From Strigamia acuminata (lineage: Eukaryota), in contig OX442314.1 in assembly GCA_949358305.1 (NCBI GenBank), positions 28,458,001-28,522,000 on the forward strand: a stretch of 64,000 nucleotides of DNA, read 5' to 3'. The translations under genes were made by a program, and so were the position numbers. Below, one piece after another: positions 62,649-64,000 of the stretch (position 1 is its first letter; the number at the start of each line of letters is the position of its first letter). Below the pieces are notes generated by a model. The model saw nothing but the letters and a program-made list of their open reading frames with translations. It was not told the origin of the DNA and did no database searches.

Positions 62649-63794
62649 TTTGCATTAAATAACTAAGTACTATATTTATAACTGCCGTTTCAAAATCACG
62701 GTAACAATAAAATTTATATTTTTCACACTCAGAAGTAAAAAATCCCCATTAGCAAAATCCCTGAACTATATTACACAAGCGAACTTAAAATTAAACGGTC
62801 ATTGTCAACCATGATCAATGTTTTATAAGAAAGAAACCAGGGGGAAGCACGACTTACCCAAAAGCTAGAGACAGACCGAATCCCCACTATATTAAAGTTC
62901 GCTGCTCCGTAGCTCGCTTGCATGGCTCTACAATTCGGACAACAATGTGCACATGTTTTGGACAGCTGCAAAAATTAATGATTTGTTAACTGCTTTGAAT
63001 TCCAGTCAACTCCAGAATTTAAATTAACAATAAAATATTTTATTACACAAAAAAATCTACAAATAATCTACAAAATCAGGAAAAAGGGGTCTTAATTACA
63101 TGTGGATAACTCTTATGCAACAATCAAAATTCATTTTTAATAAAAACTTATACATAGAAATATTTTAGAAAATAAAAGTATTCAACTTTTGATAAATATA
63201 TTAAATTTCTTTAACAAATAATAATAGTGGAATGTTACATTTTGTTTTAAATTGTTACTAGTTTAACTAAACTTGCTACTTTTTTCAAAAAAAAATATTG
63301 AAAACACCCAGCAATCTTCTTGGCCATCACATCAATTCAATCCATTGCTATCAATCCTAAATAAAATAAAAAACATAAATTAGCAACAATTACACTAAAT
63401 AAATAAATGCAGTTAAAGTGAAGGAAAACATGCAATAGTACTACAAAGAATAAATAGAATGGCAGGTGTTGTAAGAAAGCTGAAACCAATGCATTAATGC
63501 AATCAAAACAAACTTTACCCCCAAACAGAACCACATCAAAAGTGCAATTCAAATTTCAAATAAAATAAACAATACCAGTTGAACCCAAAACAGGAAATGA
63601 ATCCTTCTCCACCAATAACCAATTATATTAAGTTTACAACTTATTAGTTCACCCCAAAGACAGAATTCCTATTGGGGATCACGGAGTTATCGATGGAACG
63701 ACTTTAAAAACCCAAACTTACATTTGCACCAAGAAACTGGAAAAACCACAGAAAACCCAGTGCGATAACTCCATCATGCAGGCTCACGTCTCAA

Positions 63795-63895
63795 ACATTC
63801 TCCAATAATAAGTCGCCCATCCAAGTACTAACCAAACCCAATGCTGCTTAACTCGCGTGTTTTAATGGAAAGGTGCACTCAAAACCGTGCATTCA
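63795..63895 (-). pseudogene. Degenerate 5S rRNA-derived sequence (pseudogene or SINE3 head)
   Basis: Minus strand reads AGTTAAGCAGCATTGGGTTTGGTTAGTACTTGGATGGGCGAC, matching the 5S internal control region; both ends are diverged. Confidence 0.75.
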
Positions 63896-64000
63896 TGCAA
63901 AAATTAATTAACGACAAACAAACCCATGCATTCAGTTAGCCAAAACAAGATGTGGAATTAGTCAAGTTATGCAAAGCCCGAGCGATACGCATTAATTCGT

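Overview
AT-rich, intron-containing animal genomic DNA, almost certainly an arthropod (R&R cuticle protein, TTAGG-type repeat). Genes were reconstructed by eye from splice signals, so exon edges may be off by a few bases. Left to right: (1) the 5' end of an LDL-receptor-family gene on the minus strand (signal-peptide exon plus one LDLa exon; the rest lies beyond base 1); (2) a 4-exon gene for a small secreted 4-Cys protein I cannot name; (3) a ~25-exon MSH5 gene (minus), convergent with gene 2 and head-to-head with (4) an intronless Jun whose proximal promoter has the CCAAT / TGACATCA / MEF2 / TATA order known from vertebrate c-jun; (5) an R&R cuticular protein with long Tyr/His/Ala/Pro repeats; (6) a compact head-to-tail array of five apparently intact 9-exon LRRC43-like genes with mosaic similarity between copies. 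Introns hold many MITEs, a degraded Ty1/copia element, a solo LTR, ~20-bp minisatellites and a 1-kb perfect, CpG-free palindrome carrying tRNA-like A/B boxes. A 5S-rRNA-derived relic lies near the right end.
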